Part shown: piece after piece, positions 1 to 11,822 of the stretch
How positions within the stretch are numbered: position 1 is the first letter of the stretch
Layout of the letters: each line of letters starts with the position of its first letter
Source of the DNA: Rhizophagus irregularis
Lineage: Eukaryota
Length of the DNA stretch: 64,000 nt
NCBI RefSeq assembly: GCF_026210795.1
Contig: NC_089436.1
Span: forward strand, 248,001 to 312,000
Direction of reading: 5' to 3'
The notes under the pieces: generated by a model
The model's database searches: none
Seen by the model: the letters and a program-made list of their open reading frames with translations, nothing else
Told to the model about the DNA's origin: nothing
Made by a program: the position numbers and the translations under genes

Positions 1-215
1 GAAAAGATTCTAGTAATGAGGAAACCAAAGTATGTAGCTAATATTTTAACTGTAAATTTATTTTAAGGTTATCTCTTATATTTACTACTTTACTGAAATA
101 TTCAAATCTAAAATAATATCTTAACGATATCATTATGAGATCGTAACGATTTCATGACGATTTTCTAAAATGATAACATATTGATATAGTTACGACTCTC
201 TTAACGATAACGTAA

Positions 216-508
216 TAATACTGTGACGATACAGTGAATGATAACAAAACGATATCATCCAGATATTTATTGATACTGAAATAGCATCATTTTAGTATCA
301 GCACGATATCGACGCAGCAATGATACAGTGACAATACAGTGAATGATAGCAAAACGATATTATCCCAACACTAAGATAGCATCATTTTGGTATCAGCACA
401 ATATCGTCGCAGCAATAATACAGTGACAATACGGTGAATGATAGCAAAACGATATTATCCCGACACTAAGATAGCATCATTTTGGTATCAGCACGATATC
501 GTCGCAGT
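216..508. repeat. ~95-bp tandem repeat, 3 copies, in a GATATC-rich repeat region
   Basis: GAATGATA(G/A)CAAAACGATAT...TAGCATCATTTT(G/A)GTATCAGCAC recurs; GAATG at 341 and 436 gives period 95. Confidence 0.8.
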
Positions 509-1946
509 ATTATTACATTATCATAACTGTATCAGCATGTTATCATTTAAAAATCGGCATAAAACCAATATGTTCCCATATTGATGTCGTTGAGATGTAT
601 AGAAAACAACTAATGATTATTTAGAATATCAATCATGATATCTTAACGATATTTAAATGTTATCAGCTTGGTATTATGACAATAATTAAAGTATCAATTT
701 TATTAATAATCAAAATTTACTTATTACATATCTGATCATAAATAATAATTACAACATTGTTACTAGTGAAATTACTAGAACTAACTTTATTTCCATAGTA
801 TATGTGAAATTTAAAGCATTTACAATTATTTAATAATACCATTCAGTTTTTAAGAAATACGTGTAATTAATAATAATACCTACCATACTTACCGAAAATA
901 AGATGCAACAATTGCAGACACAAGTGCTATTTTAATACATACTAAATCCCTGATAGACATGGAATGATTGTTTTGATTTTACCGCCAAGTCTATGGAAGC
1001 AACATCTTTAATTGTTCCTAAAAATACTCTAGTTGAATATGATATAAAGATAACGAGTGAGTAATAATATAATTTACTTATAATTTTTGATATTATAAAA
1101 ACTTTGTTTATTAATAACCTTTTGCAATATTTTATCGCCAATAGTTCTGCGCTCCTTGATAGGTTGTTACTTCTTGGATGGTTGATATACGCTACATATT
1201 TCGTGTTGTCGGTCTTGATCAATACTGTCTGATCGGAATGGCCCTGTATTATAGAAGGGAAAATAAATTGCTCTTAGCTCCAGGTGATTGATCATCTAAA
1301 GAACGAAGTATTAGTATTAGCATCTCATTTTTAAAGAATAAAGAAAATCAAGACTTCGAAGTAGTAAAACCTTCGAAATCTTTGTATAAACTCTGTCCAA
1401 TGATCAAGAAACTTAGAAATATAAAAGTGAACGTTAGATAACATTTGTTAAAATTTTTTTTTTGAAGTTTACCTTCAAAGTAAAGTCCAGGTCCGAACCT
1501 TTGGTGATATGTGTCCTGGAACTAACAAAAAAAGCAAATGAAGACGTTAGTTAACGTTTCGTTTAAGTGAAAAATAAAAAAATCAGATTTTTCAAGCTTA
1601 CCTTCGAGTAACAGCCTGGAAGCCGTGAACCTACAAAAGAGAAACTGAAATGTTTAGCTTCATTTAATTGAGAAACAATAAATAAAAGAATTTCAAAGTT
1701 ACCTTCTAGGTGTAGTAAACTTTCGTTTGGAAGAGTCACTGAGCCATTCACCCTTTTAGCTTCAAACTTCTTTTTCTGTTGCGGAGTAACGCCCTAGAAT
1801 GCAATCGTGCTGGAAAATCCGAGTTCGCGGTTGCCACAATCTTTCCTATCAACGAGGCAAGTTTTCGTACGGGAGAATTTTGAGTTGTTTCGCCTTCTGA
1901 CATTCCCTCACTAAGCTCTTTATTTTGTGTTTTGGCAATTTAAGTG

Positions 1947-2463
1947 TTATTGCCTTTGAATCGAATTTGAAACCCTAAGTAATCGATCACCCGTGTAGGA
2001 GTTAGATAAGATTTGTTTTCGTTTACTATGAACCCATGGTTCTACTAGCAATTTTACGATAATCGAAGCATGGTCTTGAGCCTGTTCTTTTGATGAAGCC
2101 ATTATCAACAGGTCGTTTAGATAATCCACTATCCTTATCCCCTGAACTTGATATTCTGGGACTTGTTGTCAAGCCGAACGGTAAACATGAGGAAATCGAA
2201 TGCAAAATATTTTCGTTGGAACTCTGCTAGCGGTATGTGATAGAAAAAGCTTGATTGAGGTCGATAGTGACCATAAAATAGCCGCGTCTCAACAATGACT
2301 TTACTAGGTCTAGTACATCTTGAAGTGGTTGTATTGAACGCGTTAGAATTTTTGAAGATTTGTAGCTACTTTCGTTATGCTGTTTAGCTCTGGCGGTTTG
2401 ACTGGCCACCCTGGTTGTCGTTTCCCGCAGGTTGATTCTTCCCTTTCCAAGTATTACTCTCAT
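1947..2463 (-). pseudogene. Degraded reverse transcriptase fragment, DIRS-like
   Basis: Broken frames with FMVTIDLNQAF (DLxDAY-like) and YLNDLLIMASS (YLDD-like). Confidence 0.55.
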
Positions 2464-2989
2464 TTCTTCCTTTATAGTTGTTGTCGTTAGGTTTCTTAAT
2501 ATTGTGAAAAAAAACAGTAGTTAATCTGAAAAATAACTTACTTCAAACTTCAAAGGTATCAAATTTCAAAGAAACTGGTAATTATTTAACTTTAAATAAA
2601 TATTTAAAAATAAAAAGTTTGGCGTAGAGGGATTTTATCAGTAAAACAAAAAAACAAAAAATTTAAGGTTTTTATTGGTTAATCAGATCCAGTCACGTGA
2701 AATAGCATTGCTAAGTCACGAATATGAAGATCAATCTCTTCAATTGACACCCTAAGCTGATAACGATAGTCTGAAAAGGATTTTCTACATTGATCTATAA
2801 TTGATTTCGCTGTGCTACTATAAGTTTCAAATTCGGGAAAAATTTTTCGTACTAGTTTTTCAAAAACGAGACCAGGTGGGAACCGAGATCTTAAAAAAAG
2901 ACATTTTATTTCTTCGTCGATTAACCTATATTTTTCCTAAATAATAATAAAAGTTTTTGTGAAATATTTATGAAAATTATAGTCACAAC

Positions 2990-4195
2990 TAAAGATGGTG
3001 CCGCAAATAGGCAATTGCGGAATAATTGCGATTTGCGACATTGCGGAACATTGCGGATTTTGAAGTCTACATATCCGCAATTCCGCAATCAGTAATTATC
3101 CGCAATTCCGCAATTTTTCCGCAATTCCGCAAATAATCCGCAATTCCGTAATTAATTGCGAAATTGCGGAAAATTGCGGAAAAAAATATTTTTTTTTATA
3201 ACTAACTATTTTTTTAAACTTACTAGTCTAAAAAATAAGTTCGTTATTAATAAAAATATTTAAAAAAAAATCATTTTTTCGTTAATATAATATTAAAAAA
3301 AATGATTTATTTTTTTAAAAAAATTTTTTTAAAAAATTGATCGGCCGGATTATATTACGGTTTATTAACACCGTTAAATTAACCAGCCGATATGGTTATT
3401 AAATTTATAAAAACAAAAAGAAAACGCTAGAACTATTAGTTCCGGCATATTTATATAGAAAAAACAAAAAGAAAATGCCAGAACAATTAGTTCTGGCATA
3501 TTTATATAGGAAAAATAAAAAGAAAACGCCAGAACTATTAGTTCCGGCATATTTTATATAAAAAAAATAAAAAGAAAATGCCAGAACTAATAGTTCCGGC
3601 ATATTATATATAAAAAATTAAAAAAAATGCCAGAACTAATAGTTCCGGCATATTTTATATAAAAAATCAAAAAAAAAACGCTGGAACTAATAGTTCTGGC
3701 ATACTTTATATAAAAAATCAAAAAAAAAACGCCGGAACTAATAGTTCCGGCATATTTTATATAAAAAATCAAAAAAAAATGCCGGAACTAATAGTTCCGG
3801 CATATTTTATATAAAAAATTAAAAAAAAATGCCGGAACTAATAGTTCCGGCATATTTTATATAAAAAATCAAAAAAAAACGCCAGAACTAATAGTTCCGG
3901 CATACTTTATATAAAAAATCAAAAAAAAATGCCGGAACTAATAGTTCTGGCATATTTTATATAAAAATTAAAAAAAAATGCCAGAACTAATAGTTCCGGC
4001 ATATCTTATATAAAAAATAAAAATAAAACCACTGAAACTAATAGTTCCGGCGTTTTTATATATTATATAAGATTGCAAAAAAATACAGTTCCGGGCAGCC
4101 AATCAGAATTGCGGAATTACGGATTACTAACCGCAATTCAACACTAAATTCCGCAATATTGCGGAATTTGAAAATCATTTGCGGACCCATCCTTA
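2990..4195. mobile_element. Non-autonomous hAT-type element (MITE)
   Basis: Imperfect 19-bp TIR TAAAGATGGTGCCGCAAAT / ATTTGCGGACCCATCCTTA; perfect 8-bp TSD GTCACAAC at 2982-2989 and 4196-4203; many subterminal TTGCGG/CCGCAA motifs. Confidence 0.85.
3405..4055. repeat. ~60-bp tandem repeat, about 11 copies, inside the hAT MITE
   Basis: Unit GCC(A/G)GAACTAATAGTTCCGGCATATTTTATATAAAAAA with internal palindrome GCCGGAACTA-A-TAGTTCCGGC. Confidence 0.9.
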
Positions 4196-4589
4196 GTCAC
4201 AACAACTGAATGTATCGATTGAAATACAATAAACGCTTACATTGGATGCGGTTGATGGCGCGTGTACTGGCTGCTGCACTGCTAGTGCTAATTGTGACAT
4301 ACTATCCTTCATATTTAACATTTGAGTGGCTAGCTGCAGGATATCCGGATGATCAACTAGCCAATTGCAGATTTGCAATTGGTTTGTCATCGATTCGAAT
4401 TGGGGGGAAACTTGACGTCATATTTATTTTATTAATAATAAATGAAGATATTTATGTATAACAAAATATTGTATTAAACAAGATTTTACCAGAATAGTTA
4501 TCGTCTTCTTTTTCTCTATAATCTTGATCATCTTCTCTTTCATTTCTTCTCCTCTTAATTCTTTCTCTATTCTCTATTTCTCGTCCTTC

Positions 4590-4836
4590 TTGTTCTTGAC
4601 GACGACGGAGGGGATTCTGACGTTCTCGTTCTTGTTCTTGACGACCATGGTGAGGATTCTGGACGTTCTCGTTCTTGTTCTTGATGACCACGGTGAGGAT
4701 TCTGACGTTCTCGTTCTTGTTCTTGACGATCACGGTGGGGATTCTGACGTTCTCGTACTTCTTGTTCTTGATGATCACGGTGGGGATTCTGACGTTCTCG
4801 TACTTCTTGTTCTTGACGACCATGGTGAGGATTCTG
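4590..4836. repeat. ~39-42-bp tandem repeat (encodes R/E/Q-rich repeat on minus strand)
   Basis: GATTCTGACGTTCTCGTTCTTGTTCTTGA(C/T)GA unit about 6 times. Confidence 0.8.
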
Positions 4837-7800
4837 CTGATCTTTGGAAAGATCTTATCATTATTTATTATTGTTTTATTATTGTGTGTTATTATTGTTT
4901 GTTTTTAATAGTTTTTAAGTAAAATTAATATCTTCAATTGTATATAATAAAATGCAAAATTCATTAAATTCATAAATTAAGATTCTATGACTGACCTCTG
5001 AGAAAATCTATTTCGTCATCCTCATTGCTTATTTCATCGTTAATTCCTCCATCCTCATCGTTAAATTCATCATTAACTTCTTCGTCTGTTCCTGATGCAG
5101 TTTTTGCTCGACCTTGATTAGTTTTTGCAGCTTTTGATTGACTTTGAGCAATTCCTGCAGCTTTAATTCGACTTGCCGCAGACTTTGACTTTTTAGTAGG
5201 TTCTGTTATATAGATAGCATTAAAACCGCTATTCAAAAATCAAAAAAAAATCAAAAAAAAAGGAACCAAAAAATATTCAAATATTACTTGATCGAACCAT
5301 GATTTAAGAATACCAATCAGATCAGAAAAATCTTAACTCTTGGGAAAATAAAGTGTCTTCTGCTCTATTGTATTTATATCTGACTCTAGCAGTATAAGAA
5401 CCTGTTTATTGGTAATCATGCCTTGTCAAACCATTTTCTGAATGCCACTTTTCTGAATATACTTCTCCCGAAATCAATTATCTAAAATGCCAATTTTCCA
5501 AATAGGATCTTTTCCTGAAATATTCACGAATCTGTATTTCCTGAATTCCAAATTCCTGATGCTCAATTTCCCAAATCCCGAAACCTAATATATCCTTATA
5601 CCCAATATCCCGAATGGGCAATTTCCCGAAATATAAAATAATATACTGTAATCTCTTTTAATTCATATGATTTATTATAAACTGTGTAATAGATAATGGA
5701 TGAGAATTATTGTGATAAATACTTTGTTTCCATAAATCGGAAATTGGCTGATACAGATGTACATATATCGTAAATGGATCAACGGATCGATCTGTTTATA
5801 TACTGCAGTCACGATAACAAAATTTTCCGGTTATGCACTTAACTGCTGTAATCATTGACCTATCGCATATTATTTAAAGTAATGTAAGAATATTAAATAA
5901 TTGGCCAAAGATATGCACATATAAGATCAAATGATAAAAGAATGAAGTCAAAAAAAAAAAAAATTTTTTTAAAAAAAAAAAATTTGAAAAAGGAGTGCAG
6001 TGCAAGGAGTACAAAAAAAAAAATTTAAGGGGCCGAAATGCAAAGCGGATAACCCAAATCAACCCTGATCAAAGTATGTATCCTGGGAAATTTTCATAAG
6101 ATAAAAAGGAAAAAAATTTGTGTATTATTAATTTGGAACATAATCATTGTGCTATAAACCCGATTTAGGTAGTAACTAATATGTATTTTATTTATATTTT
6201 AAAATTTTTCTTCGTTTAAGAGCAATGATATAAAAAACAACATAAAAAACATATTTTATATACAATATACAGTATATTCGACTTTTTAGTATACTGTAAC
6301 GTTCCTCCAAATAAAAGAATTGGTATTGATATTGACCCAAAAAAGAAAAGATGTAGTTAAAATTGACCGTAGCCCAATTGTAGAACAATATCCAAAATAT
6401 TGTGTGAACGCTAAAACGAATTTGCGTATTAAATATATTTTTTACAACTCCAACGGATGATCATGCATAATTAGATAAGCCATGTAACGGTTGTTACAAA
6501 TAAATTTACAAAATGTTTATATTATACTGTACGTGAATTTTATGATCTTTATATATATGTAAGAAAAATATTTAAAGAATTTATTATATAATCTTAATTT
6601 TATTTATAGATAGACAATAATTAATTAATTGATTAGGTTCGTCAACGAATTATATATACTTTAGTAACAAACCTATTTCTGTTTCCTTGTCTAATACGCG
6701 TTGCTAACTCCTGCACGCTATAAATTTTTTTCTAACGAATATCACATCTCCCTTTTCAAAATCTTTCTCAATATTCCTATCCGAATGAAGGCTTTGATTT
6801 TCAAATAATTATTTTTTTGGATTATTGGCGTCTAATATTGACACAGCCGTAACCTCTTACTCTTGAGTGAGCCTTTCGCTAGAACCATGTAGAAACTTGG
6901 ACATTTTTTGATAAATGGTATTTGTGGAGGTTCGGGTGCAATTGGTGTAAAAAGTTTTTTTGTTAAAATATTTTTTTACATGAAATTAATGAAAAAATCT
7001 AAAGGATGATGACTTTTTATACCTTTTTTTATAATGTTAGAAATCTTTTTCAAATTCATTCAAAAATTCAAAATTCGTTAAATTCGATCGTTGAAAAAAA
7101 TTGATAATTTAATAATTGAAAAGAAGGAGCCTCAAATTTTCATTTTCCCTATGGAAAAAACATCATGAGGCATGAGACTTCGTTATTTCATTATCATTCT
7201 CACGAGGCAATCACTTGCCATTATATTAAACGTCCATATAAGGAACTGTAACATTTTTTTTTCGTGAAATGATTTTTTTAATTAATTAATAAATCCAAAA
7301 AAAATTTTTTTTAAGGAGGTTAAAAAAAAAAAAATCTTGGATTGAAACGTAATGATATAAGTTACAGGTCAGCAGCATCAGTGTAAATATATAGTTATAT
7401 ATTTATTATTAAAACATGACCTCTCCTTCAAGGAAAAAGAATCATACAATATATTTTAGATATTTTAACATGAATATTTGTAATTGCATACTTCAATCCC
7501 ATAATTCACAGTTTTTTATAAATTATTAAATTTTTTATTGTAGTTACAAATCGTTACCATCCTAGCAATAGGCGTTGTACAATTGGTAGATCTAGCTCTG
7601 CTCTACCATTTCGTCTAACGATGGACATTGTATAACTGGTATCATTTTTTTTTTGGGTTGTCATTAGTACCGACGTCCTCGTCATGCAACCTGGGTACTA
7701 GTAATATGCTAGTAGCAAACGGGTACTACTAAAATTGAAAAGAATGAAGCTGAAGCAAACAATTAAACTTTTTTTTATTGTTATTACACGTGAATCTTTT

Positions 7801-8321
7801 TTACTAGTTATGAATTTTTTTTATCCACTAATAAAAAACTTTTTTCACATGGTTTTTTCACGTTTTTTTTATATGTATACATTTTTTAAAATATTGATGA
7901 ATTTTTTTATGTGATAATTATGTAAACAAGTCATTTTTTTTATAAAATAAATATTTCCTAAAATGATAATATTCCTCGAGTTTGATCGTTCGATTAATGA
8001 TCTCAAGGCTATCTCTTTTTTTTTGTATATAAGAACGAAAAAATGATTATTTTTTTAGTACTCCAACGTAGCGGAAGAAAATTTTTTAGGTATGAATTTA
8101 TAAAATTTTTTCTTTATATAAATTGACTTCAATAATTTAATTTATTTTTATTGATAATTTATTTAATAGAAAAATCAAAGCAGTGGTTTTAATTTTTTTT
8201 TTTTATTAATTCAACGCGCAGTCAGCAGCAGAAAAAATTTTTTTAGGTACGAATTTAATAATTGACAATTCATATAGAGAGACAATTCATAAGCTACTAT
8301 TAACAATTAATTGATTAAAGC

Positions 8322-8552
8322 ATGTCGCCACCTGGATCATCAAGAAAAAGGACGAGAAAGACCTATTTCCAGCGTCATACTTATCGTCAAAAAGACAAAG
8401 AAGAAAGAAGATGGAAAGATAAATCCTATGAATTGGAAAAGAAATATGATAATCTTTTGGAAAATTCTGCATTTTTTCTTATTTGGGGATTTTTTATTAT
8501 TGTAGTTTTTATTTTTATTTTTATTGCTATTTTAATTAATAAATACTATTAG
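8322..8552 (+). CDS. Possible small protein with basic N-terminus and C-terminal transmembrane segment
   Basis: 76-aa ATG ORF ending in a hydrophobic stretch; two GT...AG intron-like segments upstream (~8089-8169, ~8247-8277). Confidence 0.25.
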   Translation: MSPPGSSRKRTRKTYFQRHTYRQKDKEERRWKDKSYELEKKYDNLLENSAFFLIWGFFIIVVFIFIFIAILINKYY

Positions 8553-8714
8553 TATAAATACTTCTAATTTCATTTGCTGATTTTGATCACTTTTGACTAT
8601 ATTCTCAAACCTGACTTTTTAAAAATGATCGAACCCAACTGTACCACCACAGATTTGATGGTGATGCAGGAGACTAAAATCAAAAATTCGACCATGATCT
8701 ACATTAGATATTGG

Positions 8715-9196
8715 GTCGTCGGGCTGGTAGTGTGTCTCGCTAGCGCTCACCCCACCTCGGCCATGGCCTCGCAGTACCTACATCTCCCCTCCGTGGGACA
8801 GGAAATCCCCATAGATCCTCCACAATCCTCCACATAGATCCTCCACAAAAATATATAACAAAAAAGGATAAAATAAGGGAAAAGAGAGGAAAATAAGAGG
8901 GAATCAGAAGAGTGTGGAGGATGTGGAGGATGTGGAGGATGTTTTAAAAAAATCGGGAGAGGGTTCCCCCAGAAAAAAGTTTTGATTTTACCCCCCCAGA
9001 TCCTCCACATCTTCCACATCTTCCACACGTACAGGATTCCATTCATTTTCCTATTGGAAGCAATGAGATAGCAAACCGAGTTAACAGGTAGGTCAATAGC
9101 CCCTAGAAGGCCTGTAGAACCGCAGGAGGGTAACCGGGTAGGAGCGCGGATCTTTGGAAAAAATATATTCGGCAATTGAAGATTAGGTAACTATAA
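8715..9196 (+). repeat. Left terminal inverted repeat
   Basis: Near-identical reverse complement of 39632-40112; starts GTCGTCGGGCTGGTAGTGTGTC. Confidence 0.95.
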
Positions 9197-9225
9197 ATTA
9201 GTACTCGATTTAATAGAACGAAAAA

Positions 9226-11739
9226 ATGACCACTCAGGCTCAAGTTATCCCTAAATTCGGTGAACAAACGAAAGCCTTCAGTATCGATGAGCTTAAACGG
9301 CTTATTGTCGCTGCAAAGAGTATGAGTGATCTTGATCAAGCCAAGAGGTATCTTTGCAGTTATTTCATTCCCTGTGCAGATCCTCATGGGATTTTCTGGT
9401 GGGACCCGGATAGTAAAAGTTTGAAACACGTTATTGACAAAAATATTGGTAAACTTATCCGTCCAATCACGAAGGCATTCTACACACAACCTGAACAAGG
9501 ACCCTCTCAAAAGACTGAGTTCAACATCTACAAGTGGTTTATGATCGAGAATACCGATGTATGTAATGCAACCTGTGATCCCCATAAACAGCGAATCTTC
9601 AGATCCTTAACCGGCCAACTCTATCTAAATATCTTCCCAGGATTTCTCCACGTCTTGCATCCGATATCCACCTTTGAGTCTACAATTCACCTCGCGGTTA
9701 AATTTATCTTCTCCCACATTCAGGATATCTGGTGTTCGGGTGATTGGAATCTCACTGAGTATATCATCAAGTGGTTGGCCGGTGTATCTGCTGGAAGAAA
9801 GATGTACTCGATTCTCTACCTAAAATCCGGACAGGGTTGGGGTAAAGGTATTATAACAGATTTCATTCAGCGCAGCGTCCTAGGCACTCAACTCGTTTAT
9901 AAGACCAGCGATCCTCAGACGATTCTTGGAAGTTTCAATGGGCAATTACAGGGTAAGATTCTTCTTCTTCTCGAGGAAATGCCCACGGAAAAAAGCCAGT
10001 GGAATAATTTGTATCGCTCTTTGAAGGATAAGGTAACGAGTGACATAATGGAAATCCATGAAAAATACAAGACACCAACGCATTACAAGAACTTTATGTC
10101 TACTATCGTCCTAACTAACGAAAATGCTCTTAGAGTGGAGAATGATGATAGGCGCACAGTGTTCTTAGATGTGTCACCATCCCGCAAAGGAGACCTCAAC
10201 TACTTCAAAAAACTCGGTGACGTTATGAAATACCCAGGCGCCAGTGAGGCGTTCTATGCTTACTTAAGAGCCATCACAGACACTTACCCGGACTTCAATG
10301 GAAATCCGCCACCCATGACAACATCCAAACAGGAATATATCATCTCGACTCTTCCCCCGCTATTCCAATTTATAAAGGACACATACCTCGTAGTGAAAAA
10401 TTATATGACCGACCTACCTGTTCAAGAATTTTATAGGGTATATACTTTATATTGTGAAACTCATTGCATTTCACCCCTATCAAAGATAAACGCTTCTAGA
10501 ATTCTATCAAATGAGTTGGGTATAAAAAGTAAAAAAATGCGTATAGGTAAAACAACACCGCAAGTTTACAGCATATCCAGGGAGGACCTCTACAAGAAAT
10601 TCCTTGGCAAAAACTGGATTAATGAAACAGACGAGATAAATATAGAAGGAATAGATGTAGATACTCCCGAGAAGCCCACGTCTGATCCCAAAGCCTTAGA
10701 GAAGTTCTTGGCAAATATATATAGCATTCCTGCTAACAATTCACAAGACGTACAAGAAAAACCCGCTGAGAAAAAACCCAAACCTGTTATCAAAGAGCAA
10801 CCGGTTTCCAAAAGGGCGCCTCCACCGCTTCCACCCAAGCCTGACCACTTAAAAGAACGTCAACAAGAGTTAAGGGAAGAACAACCGGATCCCAATGAAG
10901 ATACTAATGAGTCAGACACCGATGAACCTATAGATAGCTTCTCAGATTGTTATCTATCTGACGAGGAACCTGACCAAGAAGAACCCATCCCCGAGCCAGA
11001 TGACTACGACATTTTAGACGACTTGTTATCAGACTCGGATTCTACAACCGTGGACCCAGTTCTTGAGCAACAACCCGCAGAATCTTCCACAAAATCCGAA
11101 TCCCTCGCAGATTCTAAATTTTCTACAGAACCTGTAGTAGTACCGGCTTCCGAAGAGCAACTTATCCCAGAACCCGACACAGAACCAGAAGTTGATCGGG
11201 ATCCTGAACCAAAGGAAGGTACTCGAGCACACTGGGCTTGGCATGAAAGGCACCGATGGGATCGCAAGCCGTGGGTTAAAAATTCAAAGGACCAGGCCTT
11301 CGATGATCTCTACAATACAGGTAAGGAATTATGGGCCAAGTACCAAGACGCGTCAGATGAATACGACTGGGAAATACTCGCGTTTGAAGTAGAGGAATGT
11401 CCTACAACGCGTATTGAGGACGAGTACCAGTACTACCTTAGGGAAGTAGTAGACCGCTTCAAGGACTGGATCGAATATAATGGATACTTACCTAAAACAC
11501 CTAGCCGTAAAGAACTCGCAGATTTAATAAGAGTATACAAGGATAATCGTGATGCCGAGATTATTCCCACCCCCTCTGGGTATGAAACTATGAGGGCAGA
11601 TAAGGGTAAAGCGCGAGAGATCCCCAAGGAATGTCCAAAAACCGATATGGAACGTGAATGGGAAGCCACCAATGGACTCATCGACGACTGGGATGAAGAG
11701 GATCTTGATCGTGTATGCAGCAAGATTGACTCCTTTTAA
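9226..11739 (+). CDS. SF3 (D5-like) helicase with C-terminal winged-helix-like region and long acidic/Pro-rich tail
   Basis: Walker A SGQGWGKG, Walker B LLLLEEM, motif C VLTN, DRR arginine finger; intact 837 aa. Confidence 0.85.
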   Translation: MTTQAQVIPKFGEQTKAFSIDELKRLIVAAKSMSDLDQAKRYLCSYFIPCADPHGIFWWDPDSKSLKHVIDKNIGKLIRPITKAFYTQPEQGPSQKTEFNIYKWFMIENTDVCNATCDPHKQRIFRSLTGQLYLNIFPGFLHVLHPISTFESTIHLAVKFIFSHIQDIWCSGDWNLTEYIIKWLAGVSAGRKMYSILYLKSGQGWGKGIITDFIQRSVLGTQLVYKTSDPQTILGSFNGQLQGKILLLLEEMPTEKSQWNNLYRSLKDKVTSDIMEIHEKYKTPTHYKNFMSTIVLTNENALRVENDDRRTVFLDVSPSRKGDLNYFKKLGDVMKYPGASEAFYAYLRAITDTYPDFNGNPPPMTTSKQEYIISTLPPLFQFIKDTYLVVKNYMTDLPVQEFYRVYTLYCETHCISPLSKINASRILSNELGIKSKKMRIGKTTPQVYSISREDLYKKFLGKNWINETDEINIEGIDVDTPEKPTSDPKALEKFLANIYSIPANNSQDVQEKPAEKKPKPVIKEQPVSKRAPPPLPPKPDHLKERQQELREEQPDPNEDTNESDTDEPIDSFSDCYLSDEEPDQEEPIPEPDDYDILDDLLSDSDSTTVDPVLEQQPAESSTKSESLADSKFSTEPVVVPASEEQLIPEPDTEPEVDRDPEPKEGTRAHWAWHERHRWDRKPWVKNSKDQAFDDLYNTGKELWAKYQDASDEYDWEILAFEVEECPTTRIEDEYQYYLREVVDRFKDWIEYNGYLPKTPSRKELADLIRVYKDNRDAEIIPTPSGYETMRADKGKAREIPKECPKTDMEREWEATNGLIDDWDEEDLDRVCSKIDSF

Positions 11740-11822
11740 TAAGATAAGCACTTCTTAGTTATCTTATATTTTTTGTATAAAAAACCTATATTACAACTGA
11801 ACACAATTCATAAATACATCAA

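Larger units (their letters stand above)
2720..4860 (-). pseudogene. Multi-exon hypothetical gene remnant; hAT MITE lies in one intron
   Basis: Coding-like segments (QICNWLVDHPDILQLATQMLNMK; LIDEEIKCLFLRSRFPP...SFSDYRYQLR) bounded by GT/AG-like sites on the minus strand; ends uncertain. Confidence 0.35.

Noticed and set aside
3405..6388. Short hydrophobic ORFs in repeats and poly-T tracts
   Set aside because: Translation artefacts of low-complexity DNA
8574..9585. ORFs in or overlapping the TIRs (also 39525-40080)
   Set aside because: Mirror-image frames produced by the repeat, mostly non-ATG starts, no motifs
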